A stretch of 64,000 bases of DNA from Lepidodermella squamata (Eukaryota > Animalia > Gastrotricha): NCBI GenBank assembly GCA_047495785.1, contig JBLDXI010000054.1, forward strand, positions 1,984,001 to 2,048,000. Reading direction: 5' to 3'. The notes beneath the pieces were generated by a model that made no database searches, was not told the origin of the DNA, and saw only the letters and a program-made list of their open reading frames with translations. The translations under genes were made by a program, and so were the position numbers. Below are positions 12,185 through 23,800 of the stretch, piece after piece (positions within the stretch are counted from its first letter, which is position 1; the number at the start of each line of letters is the position of its first letter).

Positions 12185-13145
12185 ATTGCTCTACTCGACT
12201 GGTCAGAATCGCGTTTAGTCTAACCACGGGAATCGCAAGGGGACGCAAGTCAAATTTCACAAAAAGGGTCGTAAAGAGGCCTTTTTGGTGAAAACAGGTC
12301 AACTTTGCGACCCTCCCTCTAGAAATACCGTGGATGGATTTTTGATTACTTGATATCGTTAGAAAGCCCATGATGTGCTCTACAAGGCTGGTTAGTCGCG
12401 CCGAACGTCTATCCACGAGATTCTCAACGAAATGCATGTCAAATGTCTGAAAAAACGTCGTAGAGAGGCAGTTTTCGGCTTCCAACGGGGTTAACTTAGC
12501 GACCCTCCCTCTTGGAATCCTTTAGATAGATTTTTGATTTCTGGATATCGTTAAATACCCCAAGATGTGCTCTACTATTATGGTTGGTCACGCCGAAAGT
12601 CTATCCACGGGATTCGCAAGGAAATTCAAACGTTACAAAAAACGTCGTAGAGTGGCCGTGTTTTGGCTGAAATCAGGTCAACTTGGCGACCCTCTCTCTT
12701 GAAAACCTGTGGGTGGAATTTTGATTTATTGGCATAGTTAGCCTGATAGCTACTCTAACAAGGCTGGTTGTAAGCGCTGAAAGTCCATCCACGATTATTG
12801 CTAGGGACGAAAGTCAAATGTCGCAAAATGGGGGATAGAGAGGCCGCTTTTCGGGTCAACTTTGCGACGTTTCTTCTCAGAAACCCGTCGATAAATTTTT
12901 GGTTTCTTGATATCGTTAGAAAGCCCAAGATGTGCTCTACAAGGCTGGTCCAAAGCGCCAATAGTCTATCCACGGGAATCACAAAGGGGCGCAAGTCAAA
13001 TGTCGCAGTATGGCCGTTTTTGGCTGAAATCGGGTCACTTTACGGCCCTCTTTCTTGAAATCCCGTTGATGGAGTTTTTATTGCTTGGCATCGTTAAATA
13101 GCCTAAAACCGCCGAAAGCGCCGAATGTCTATCCATGGGATTGCT
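12185..13145. repeat. Degenerate ~185-bp tandem repeat (~5 units), with inverted partial copies at ~13680-13790 and ~14400-14800
   Basis: Recurrent tgctctac.aggctggt, gtctatccacggga, gtcaactt.gcgaccctc and gatatcgttag at ~185-bp spacing; reverse complements tgtagagca and ctaacgataccaaga downstream. Confidence 0.7.
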
Positions 13146-15162
13146 GTCTTTAGAGCGAATACAAATGAATTCAAATTTTTGAAGTCAAACCCCTTTGGAT
13201 ACAACCCACTAGTTGAAATAATTTTCAATATTTGTTTTGCAAATTCGAAATTAATTAATAGCCGCATTGAGAAACTGTCCGCTTGTTTTAGATTTTTTTC
13301 ATCGGTTAAACGGCAAATTCCTAGATATTTCGCAAGAGGAAGTCTTATTTCTTAGCGATATTGCCATTTCTGGCTGCAGTAGCGTTACAGTATACTCGTG
13401 TTTGATGAGCGTATGGCGCATATATACTATATACGCTTGCATGCCATATAAAACGTATATCGCCATAACTGCGTAACGTGTACGCATCAAATTTCGTACA
13501 CGCATAGCGGTGGTTGCGCTAACGATATACCAGGAGATACTAGTTTCGCCCAGCGGTTAGGAGCAGACTGGATCGAATGCCAACTGTCCTGGGCGAAAAA
13601 TTACCGAAGAAAGTAGTTTTATACTACTTTTGTGACTTCTCTACACGAGATTCACCGTGGGAAGAACCGTTTGCTTAGTTCCCTTCTGTAGAGCGTTTCC
13701 AGGGCTACCCAACGATACCAAGATATCAAAAGTCCACCCAGTGGTTACAAGCCGTTAAGGGACCGAATGTCACCCGGTTTGAGAAAAAATTGACCCTCGG
13801 AGCTCAATTTGGCAGCGCTGAAATTAGTTAAAAATTTGGCTGCATGTTGAAATATTGGTTAAAGAATGCACACGATCGCTACGCTTTCTCGTTCAGATTG
13901 TGTGCCGCTTTTTACAGCAAATCTCTCACGGCAGAATTTTTCTATCTCCGGAGGAAAAAATATTCGACATCAGCTTTAGGGGTTTCCGAAGGCCCTTTTG
14001 AAACACGATTTTAAAACCCGATATCATCGTTATCTTTATCTATCACCGTTAAGACTCTGCAAAAAGTTACTGAAGAAATTAATAATAACGCTAGTTTAAC
14101 AAAAGAGTTTTAATTTTTTCAGTAACGCTTTACTTAGAGTGGAACGCGTTACTTTTGCCACAGTGCTACCTACTGGACGGAGAGTTTTCCCACGCGCGCC
14201 AAGTTTTGAACTGATCGATTTTGTGAATGCAGAAATTGAAATAAAATAGCGCGAAAATTGTAATCTCTTTCGGTAGCCTATGGTTGAAAACAGGGTGAAT
14301 TAACCTTAACTAGCCTTAATCCTAATTCCTAACCCTTACCTTCGCAACTAAGAAATTGGCTTGAAAAGGCAGCCAAATTTGAAATTATGAAAAATAGTAC
14401 CAAGAATCCGCATCCTGTAGAGCAGGTCTTGAGCTGTCTAATGATTCCAAGAAATCAAAAATCCACCGGGAATGTTAAGTCCACGGGGGACCCGGTGTCA
14501 CCCGGTTTGCGGATTGTCTCACGTTGACAATATTTCGGGTCTCTTGCTTTGCGATGCGGTTGAATGGATTTCAAGCGCCTTGTAGAGCATACGCTTAGCT
14601 ATCTAACATCTAACGATACCAAGAAATCGTAAATCGACCAAGAAAACTTGCTTTCCCTGTGATACGGCAATAGTGTTTCGAACAGAAAAACTAGATTTGT
14701 AGAGCATGCTTAGGACTCTCTAACGGTAGCAAGAAGTTGTAAATCCGCCCATTAGTTACATGTTCTTGAGTGCCCAAATGTCGCCTGGTTTGAGAGAAAA
14801 ACTGCCCTTTTTCAGGCCTCATTTTGAAGTTTTGGGGTCGCCAAATTTTGGTCAGCCAAATTTTGGTCAGCCAAATTGTGACTTTGACAGTTTTAAAAGG
14901 CTCAAGGTCTCAACACTGTCATGAAATAAAAACGAGACTGTGAGAAACTGCGGATTTATTATTACAGGTGCGAATTAGTGATAAATGAGTGTTACATTTC
15001 GACAGTTGTATCGCAGGATACAGAACAAAAAAGCAATAACGTGCGTCATAACAAATAATTGAAAAGATAAATATTATGTAAATAAAAGATAAATGGAATT
15101 TAAGCACGCGTTGGGAGAGGAATGTAAGTATGTTCTATGTATGTATGTTCTTAGGCCGTTTC

Positions 15163-16462
15163 TTATTCTTTCACCCCTTTTTCTCGAAGATAATCCATCT
15201 GTTCTTTGGTCTTCACACGTCTGATGGCATATTGCAAGGCCGTTTCACCTTTCGAATTGACCACCTTCAAATCGACGCCAACCACCTCAACGAGATACTT
15301 CAAGACGTTCATAAATTCTTCTCCAGACAAGGCCGCGAACAAGACGCTTTCTCGTTTTTGGCCATCCCCATTCACATCAGCTCCCTTAGAAACCAAGTAC
15401 TTGACGAATCCAAGATATCCATACCGGACCGCTATTTCAATAGGTCGTTTGTCATCCCCGCCCAGTTTATCGATGTCAGCTCCATTTTCAATCAGAACCT
15501 TGGCTATATCTGTTCTGTTGTTCCGTGCACACGTCGTCAGAGGTGTCCATCCCCATTGATCATTCGTGTTAACATCGGCTCCTTTTTCGGCCAAATATTT
15601 CACAACTTCAGTATGCCCACATGTTACAGCCATAAACAATGCTGTTTGTTCAATTCCGTCTTTTTTAGATATGTCCGCACCACGCTCTACCAACAACTGT
15701 ACAATATTTACTAGTCCAGCCATAGAAGCTATAATCAGTGGGGTTCTTTGCGGCATATTATCAAGCTCAGTAGCTTCGATCGACGCTCCTCTGTCCAAGA
15801 GAAGTTTAGTAATCTCCTCGCGATCTTTTGGTTGCGTATTGCATGCGACTGCTCTATGAAGCAGAGTGCCAGTTGAGACGCTGAAAGCTTCATAAATAAT
15901 AAATTATAAATTACTAACCCCATCGACTAATCTGTGGCCTTATAGCGTCTCATCGATACAAAATACGTAGGAGGAATTTTTAATACTAGTTAGCGATTGC
16001 GAGAGTATGAGGCTCGTGTGGCTCAAGTTATTAAAACAAAAGAAAGCTACCTTTCAAGGCCTTATTACAGGGTAAATATTTCATGACTTACTGCACAGAG
16101 TACTGCACACCTCTGATCTGCCATACTCCGCCACTTGTATACCTATTAGGAGTGAACTTGCCGCCAGTTAGCTCATCGATGTTTGCAATGAGTGATTTTG
16201 CAGCAGTTACATTCAAGTCGCAGAAAATGTTGTTGAAAAGCGACATGTACAAATCTCTAACTTCCTCACTTTCCGAAGCCTGTTAAATGCAAATGGTTCG
16301 GATTAACTTGCTGAAATTTCTGTTATGATTTGCTGTTAGTAGAAATGACCTTCGCAATATCAACAGAAGGTTGATTTTGTAAATTACCCTTTTGAAGCAT
16401 GCGATCGTCGAACCAGAAATAGCGAGCAAGACCATCAAAATATATATCGTATTATTCCACAT
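15163..16462 (-). CDS. Secreted ankyrin-repeat protein, copy 2 (exons 16462-16388, 16279-16092, 15880-15163; 326 aa)
   Basis: MWNNTIYILMVLLAISGSTIACFKR; introns 16280-16387 and 15881-16091 are GT-AG and in phase (981 nt total); ankyrin repeats as in copy 1. Confidence 0.85.
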
Positions 16463-18453
16463 AACTTATATCAGCCTGTTAAAAACGTAAAATGAACCAA
16501 TTTGCGATTTGTGTGGTTGGTTGTGTTTAATTACTGCTGCGTAGTTGGAGCACGTGATGATTATAATTATTACCTAATTTAAATAGACCAAAACGCTGCT
16601 TTTTTGCACTAATGGTGACATGGATGGGTAATTTTACCTGTCCCGAAGTGCGTGATAAGAATTCGAATAATCCACAGGGAACAGGTGAACATGTGGACTT
16701 GGCTATACGGAGAACTTGGCTATTCAAGCGGGGTATGCAAATCCACTTTTTCTGGCCCGCGGGTGTTTCCTCCGCTCGCGCGCTCCTATTGGTTGGCGCG
16801 TTTTACGCGTAAATGCACCTAGCTCGCTAAATCTCAATGTACAAGTCCAAAATTCAAAATAACAGGACACTGGTTGTGGACATATGCCTGGATTAAGAGC
16901 GAAATTTGCGAAAGTTTAATTACTGCTGCGTACTTGGAGCACGTGGAGATTATAATTACCTAATTTGAATAATAATGCAAATGATTATCCAAGCGGGACA
17001 GGGGAAAAGTGGACTTAGTTACTTGAATATTCACCCTGGGTACTTTTTTGTACTCTTAATACTCATACCGATGCTTGATCAGAACAAGCGTCAAACCACA
17101 GTCACAGGTATCGTAATCCAGTACAACTCTGAACAAGTACAGATTCGAAATTTACACTAAAATTGGCTTTTCTATGCGCGCGCTCCTATTGGCTGGCGTG
17201 TTTTACGCGTATAAATGCACCCAGCTCGAATTTCATTGCAGCCTTCCTCTCGCGTTCAGCCAACTCTCAATGTGCAAGTCCAAAATTCAAAATAACAGGA
17301 CACTAGGCGTTGATAGCCTATATGGGTGTTGATATGCGTGGATTAAGAGCAAAATTTGGGGTTTTCGCGTTTTCATAGTTCATAAGTTTAGGTACTGAGT
17401 TCATAAGTCGTTTCCTTGGTTGACTTCTCTGTTGTCTGACCCACGCTGCTAATCTCTCCTAGAAACACCACCTCAAATCCGCTTAGCGGGCTATCATTCG
17501 AGGGAGGCTATTAATCCATGAAATACGGTAAGGGCCGCCACGATGCATTCGATTTTGTATAAGAGCAAAAGAGATAAGAGCAATGACTTGGTCAGTGGAG
17601 ACAAGCAGCAGAATCGATAACAGCTATGGCCAAAGCTGTAACAGGTGTTGGTAACCGATTCGTGGGTAGCCGATTCGACGAGCGGTGGCACTACGACAAC
17701 TCCACAAGACGGCGACAGATCATCTACAACAACTCCTCAACCATCCAGCATCCAGCAGCGAATCGACTGATTCGTCGTCTGATTCAACCAGCTCGGCAAT
17801 ATCTGCTTCTGGGGATCTTCTCAATAGATGATGAATGAAAAATGACCGGCAGCGCTTTTTCCAAAGCCGAGAGAATCGCTCAATAGTGTGCAGAAAACGG
17901 AAAACTTCCTCTCCCATGAGTCCGATACGTCTGGTCAACGTCTAAGATTTAGGATAACAATTTCCAACTCTCCTTTTCTGTTTTCAATCCATCGGTTCCT
18001 CGCACCTTGGCCGAGTCGTGGTAAGGTGGAATGCCTGATACCACAACCCGAAGTGGCGCATGTTATAGCTGCCATGCTTTAAATTACCACAGAATTATTG
18101 CATGGCGTTTAGGCTGGCAACAGGCCGCAGTTCACGAACAAATTTTCGCAAATTTTTTCCACATCTAAGAATGTGTAGTTGCTTATACGGCGTGCAGCGT
18201 TTAGTATAGTATTTTATGCATGTTTTACCTCTCAATTTTTTATGAACTACCACCTCTCAGTACCGACCGGCATACCTTATAGAGCGAACAAATATTTCAA
18301 GTGCTACCTCGACCTCGACTGACGCAAAAGCCAGCTATTTTAGACTGAACTTGCGTGACTGCAGGGGCAGATTATTAACTCAAAAAATGAGCAAAAAATG
18401 TTTCGTGATTGTAAGACCTGCCAGCTGAAATACCAGACCATCATTTGAAAGCC

Positions 18454-18460
18454 TATAAAA
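18454..18460 (+). promoter_or_regulatory. Candidate TATA box of the Ser/Thr-rich gene
   Basis: TATAAAA ~70 bp upstream of the ATG; also conserved in copy 1 (~9475). Confidence 0.45.
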
Positions 18461-18527
18461 TGATGGTGGAAGTCCTCAGAGGTCACTTATCTCTTCTCAA
18501 CTTTTAAAATTATAAACTGACAGTTAT

Positions 18528-18827
18528 TTGATGATGAATCTCGCTATCCTTTCTCTCATCGCTATGCTGGCAGTTATTGTTCAATCCAATCCGATGGGGG
18601 ACACGAGCAATGATACGACTACTACTGACAGCAATAATACTCCAACTACTACTAGCTCTGACTCGACGAGCGATGGAACTACGACAACTCCGCAGTCCGG
18701 CGACGGCTCGACAACAACTACCGCTCATGCATCCAGCGGCGACTCAACTGATTCCTCGTCTGATTCAACTAGCACGACAACTACTGCTTCCGCGGATACA
18801 ACTTCAACGACCACAGCTTCTCAATAG
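18528..18827 (+). CDS. Small secreted Ser/Thr/Asp-rich mucin-like protein (ATG at 18531 or 18534)
   Basis: Signal peptide MNLAILSLIAMLAVIVQS followed by low-complexity T/S/D sequence; a paralogous pseudogene exists at 10029. Confidence 0.8.
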   Translation: MMMNLAILSLIAMLAVIVQSNPMGDTSNDTTTTDSNNTPTTTSSDSTSDGTTTTPQSGDGSTTTTAHASSGDSTDSSSDSTSTTTTASADTTSTTTASQ

Positions 18828-19343
18828 ACGAAACATGAACACAGACACTTTTTCCGAAATCTGGCACATTAGTTTCCATTTTCCATAACGCAATTATTTC
18901 GTCAAATTACGGGCTATGTGTGATTTTTAGAGTTTCGGTGGGCCGTTGCGCTATATCATTATTTTCATATAATTCTGCGAACAACAGAAACGATTTTTTG
19001 TCAACTATGGACAGAAATAAAATATTGATAAAATGCTATCAACTTGTTTACGAACTCGTTACTCCGATTTCGAAACTCTACAGATATCAAATGATCGTCG
19101 AGTGTGCTCACTCTCCCCGCACTAGCCGTCCATTCTCGCACATCACTGCGTAACGATGAGAGCTGATTGCTGAATGCTGATTACCCAATATCTAATCAAA
19201 CATAATTAGCTAGTTTTGACAAACATTGAATTTAGCCGAACAATTATTTTAACAGTTAAATACAGTTGATCGCTTCGAGAGTGGTGAAGTATAGTATTTC
19301 AGTTAATTTACTTGGCTAGGTGTCCTGAGCTTACTTATAACGA

Positions 19344-20672
19344 ATGAATGTTGGCAAGGAAGGAGGGCAAAATGAAAAGCGTAACTCCCGGTTTGCGTTT
19401 AAGCATTGGCAGCTCGAAGTGATGCAGAAGAGGCTGGAAGATTGGCAGAAAACGCGTAATGAAACAATTGGTCAATTTAGCAAACGTTTAGCTGAAGAAA
19501 TCGGAGAACCTACACGGCGCGCCTATTGGTGGATCCACTGCCGTCGTAACACTGACATTGCAGTTGTCAGGGCTGAACGCCAATTTCTCTTGACTGCAGC
19601 GCAACGCGAAATCCTTGACAATGCCTTCGAAGCAAATGCGTATCCTGAAAGGAAAGATATCAAGGAATTGGTAGCCATCACCGGGCTGAATGGTTTGAGG
19701 GTTCGCAATTGGTTTCAAGGTCGAAGAATCGTCACCTTCGGCCATACAGGTTACGCAAGATATCGAGAGCAGCAACTCCGAGCTGCTTTCCCCGTGATAA
19801 CTCCAGCTAAGGCGAAATTCGAAAGCTGGCAGATAGCAGAGATGCGCAATCAATTAGCAGACTGGAGGAAAATGCAGGATATTACACTGAGGAAATTCAG
19901 TTTCTCTGTCGCCAGAAAAATCAGCGCAGATCAAGGTAAAGTTTATCGCTGGCTTTGCATTCATCGGGACGGGGAGCCCAAGAGACGTCAAATGACTGAG
20001 GAGCAGTTCGACGTACTGAGGAGCGCCTTTCAAGCAAACGCTAACCCGGGCAAAACAGAAATTGAAAAGCTGGCCCTAGAGACAGGTTTATCAGTGACCC
20101 GCATCAAAGCCTGGTTTGGCACGAGCCGAGGACAGTTAAGAGATCCATGCCCCCCATGCCCCAAGAAAATCCTCTACACTGAAGACCAGATAAATTTTCT
20201 CGAAAAGGTTAGTAATCAGTAATCCAAGTTTCTTCAATTCAATATTATGATTCGATTATTTTTCAAATAGGAATTTGTTGTGAATTTAGCGCCAACCATA
20301 CCACGCCAAGATGAGTTGGCTAAAGCTCTTCAACTGGAAAGACCCTTGGTATCGAAATGGTTCCGAATGAAAAGAAAACAGACGAATAATGTCATGTCTA
20401 ACAATAAAGTGACTCTCGAAAAAGTAAGCTCCACATTTCTCCCATAAAATCTACAAAGTTGATGTTTGAACGTTGACAGCCATACCTTGGAACTGGAGCC
20501 ATAGCAAGTTGTGATCCTAGAAAAAGAAGCTGCGATTCCGTGCAGACTTTTTGTCAAAAGAATGGAACGCTTGGCGAAGCTGACGAACCTGAATCCAGCT
20601 CAAGTAAAAAGATTCATGCAGAGGCGAATTAGGAACAGCGAAGACTCGCATCGAAGTATAAGCTCGAAGTAA
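19344..20672 (+). CDS. Multi-homeodomain protein (5-6 tandem, partly divergent homeodomains); exons 19344-20207, 20271-20423 and probably 20505-20672
   Basis: Helix-3 motifs RVRNWFQGRR, RIKAWFGTSR, LVSKWFRMKR; helix-1 motifs QREILDNAF, QFDVLRSAF, QINFLEKEF; divergent units with WQ..M and YWWI/YRWL. The last acceptor is uncertain. Confidence 0.75.
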
Positions 20673-20838
20673 AGAAATGGAAGAACTATTTCACCGGTCA
20701 TCCCATTCAGTTATCTTTAAACTTTCCTCGAAACTTAGTTTAGCATGCGAATATACGAAAGAGTGATGATAACCTTCTTCCCTTTCATTTAAAAATTGAA
20801 ATTTAATCACTCAAGCTTTAGATTTATAGTTTATTCAG

Positions 20839-23800
20839 TCAAACACTTGTGTGAAATGTAACGATTTTCGGCGCTTTCGGCCGGCTGTGTCGCTTTGGCT
20901 TCAACGCCGAGCCATACCGAGCAAATCTCTCCGGCGTGTCGCCATTGCAGTTCCTCAGCACCGCTAGATCCGCGCCTCGTGATGCCCGCAACCGCCTCAA
21001 GTACTCCGAAACCTCCTCCCGGCCGTAGAAAGCCGCTAAATGCATAGCTGTATTCTTATTCCTACCATCGACTGCATACAAATTCGCGCCGTGATTCGCA
21101 AGAAATTTCACAGCAGCCAACTGCCCCTTGGCCGCAGCTTCGAGAAACGGAGTCCGACCCCGACGACCTCGATTTTCAACATCAGCCCGCGTTTTGCAGA
21201 CCAAAAACTCCAGCACATCCATCGCACCACTGTACGCCGCCCGATTCAACGGGGTGTTGTTCTCACGATCTCTAACATCGACGAACTGAGGCCAGGTCGC
21301 GAAGAAGAACTCGACAATTGGCAAATGGTTCAACTCAGCCGCTAGATGGAAGGCAGTCTCAGCTGTTGGGGATAGGCCTGTTGCTAGGATTATCGCTCCC
21401 TTCTCGACTAGAAATTTAGCGAGTTTAACCCGTCCCCTTTCACTCGCGAACATCAAAGGTGTCCGGAATCGATAACCGGGCGTGTGTACGTTTGCCCCGA
21501 AAGTGTCGACTAGACATCTGGCGACATCTACCTGTTGCTGTTCTGTCGTAGCCAACGACGCAGCTAGGCGGCATAGCGGCGTGTTGCCCAACTCGTCCCT
21601 TGTATCGATAAGACTCGGTTTCTGCTTCAAAATTGACCGAACTATCTCGACGTGGCCAGCCTCACAGGCGAGATGGATGCATTGAGTCGCGGTGAGGTTT
21701 GCCTTGATTGCACTGCTGATTTTCTCGAAGAACCCACGCACCAGCTCGTTAACGGTTGTAACTTTCGCATCAACCATTTCCGGCGCTTTTGATAGGAAGT
21801 ATTCAAAAATTGGCACATCGCCAATTGCTGCTGCAATATGGATTGGCAACGCTCCTCGGTTGTTGCGAACGTTGATTGGAGCGTTGAATTCATCGACAAG
21901 CAGCTGGACCGTTTCGAACTGGTGGAAGCGAACGGCCCGATGGAGGGGCCTATCTCCGGTTGGCATAAGGTTCTGCAACGGGGTCCATGTGACTTCGGTG
22001 AATTCGTCTGTTAATGAGTTCCAGTTGACCTTGCCGCGTTGTCTGGCTTCAGATAGCATTAGAACACCCTCTCGAGTCGGCAGAAACGTCCGCAGCGCCG
22101 CATTTTCGCCATTTTGAGCCGCCAGGAGCACGTTTTCAGCCTAATCAATTTTTTTGAAGGAGGATCTTTTAAAATTTTGAAAAAAATTACACTTAATTTG
22201 GGCGTGTTCGGGAGAGGCTTAGGAATGGGCGCAATAGTAGCGGCTGGTTTCGAAAACATCTGAAGCCTCGAGTCGTCACTTGTACTTTTGTGCATAGACC
22301 TAGCGCTGAGGGGAGCTACGAATGGACTTTCATCTTCAGTAAATTCATCCTCAGAGTCGCCTTCGTAATCACTCTCACCGTCTACAGCTGTAGCACTCAG
22401 CGTTCGTGGCGCAAATGGTAGGGTAGGCTTGTTGCTCATGAGATCTGAAGTTGATTTTCGAGGCGTTGCGACTTTCTCGTTACCTGGCGGCTTCAGGAAT
22501 GGATGATTGCTGACTTGCCATATATTCAGCCTTGAATCCGGGTTCTTTTCCAGCATTTGATCAACGAAGCTGCGGAAGACTTGCGAATAGATGAAAGCTG
22601 ATTTTTCCTCGTGATCGCTATCACTCAGATCTTTCCTGTAAATGATTAACGAGATATTGCGAAAAATTCTCAAATGTTGCCTACTTTAGAACGCCTTTGA
22701 AAGCAGCGGCAAAATCGGCCGATAGCTGGGGCGAAAATTTCTGAGTATTAATCGAATTTTTTTCGGAAAAGTAATATACCGGCCGTTTGAGATATGCAAG
22801 CTCGTAGAAAGTTGCACCAAGCGACCAAACATCACATTTAGCTGTGTAAACGGCCCTCTCGCCATCGATAGCCATTTCTGGTGGTAAGTAAGGCGAGCCA
22901 GGAGATGCGGCAAATAGCAAAGAAATCCTTCTCTTGCTGAAAATTAGAAGTAGCGTTATGTATGCCTTAGCTGGTGTGGGAGACTTACGTTGGTGGAAGG
23001 TGCATCATGAGTCCCAATTTCACGGTACGATGATCTGGTGTTAGAAAGATGTTCTGCGAAAATTCACATTAAATTATTGAAATTTCGGAAAAATTCAAAT
23101 TTTTATAATGCCCACCTTAGGCCGAATGTCCTGATGTATGTAGTCGACCTCGTGCAAGTATTCAATTGCTGAAGTCAGTTGTCCTGCCCACGATTTCAGT
23201 TGATCCTCTGTGAATCGCTCGTCATTCGAGTGATGGGACCTTATCAAAGTCGCCAAATCACCTGAAAATAAGGCTCATTGCTTCATTAGAATCGAAGTTG
23301 AAGAAAAATACCTCCTTCACAATACTCAACAACAATGCAGTAATGAGTTTGGTGATGCGATACTGATTCTGCCAAAAATTAAAAAAAAAATCGAATAAAT
23401 ATCGAATAAATACCTAAAATATTAAGCTGACCTTGGAAGTATTCGAAAATTCTGATTAAATTAGGATGGTTGTTTGTTTTCATCAACTGGCACTAATTCA
23501 AAGAAAAATTAATAGTATTTCTTTAATATAGGACAAGCTTCCCACTTCTTTTTCCAATTTGTTGGCGATATCGAGCATCGAGTTGAAAGCCGGCTCTTGA
23601 ATTTCAGCCAGGTGGTATTGTCTCATAACGTAAACCGTCTCGTCGATTTTGCTCGAGGTTGGCCGATGGCGGCTCCTCCGAACCAGCCAACTTGTAGTCC
23701 ACTGGCCGACATGATCACTCGCGTGTTTGCCCAATTTTTTAAGCCGCTCGTAGTCGCTCGACTTATCCGTCTCGCCCAAATCCACACCTCGCTCCGACGT

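Larger units (their letters stand above)
14861..19334. repeat. Segmental duplication, copy 2 (lacks the insertions seen in copy 1)
   Basis: Colinear with 901-11416 and provides the empty sites. Confidence 0.9.

Noticed and set aside
12185-13145. CRISPR-like periodicity
   Set aside because: Whole ~185-bp units are degenerate copies with no unique spacers; the context is eukaryotic and there are no cas genes.
13540-13600. tRNA-like A/B-box sequence
   Set aside because: Lacks an anticodon arm and a complete cloverleaf; at most a SINE remnant.
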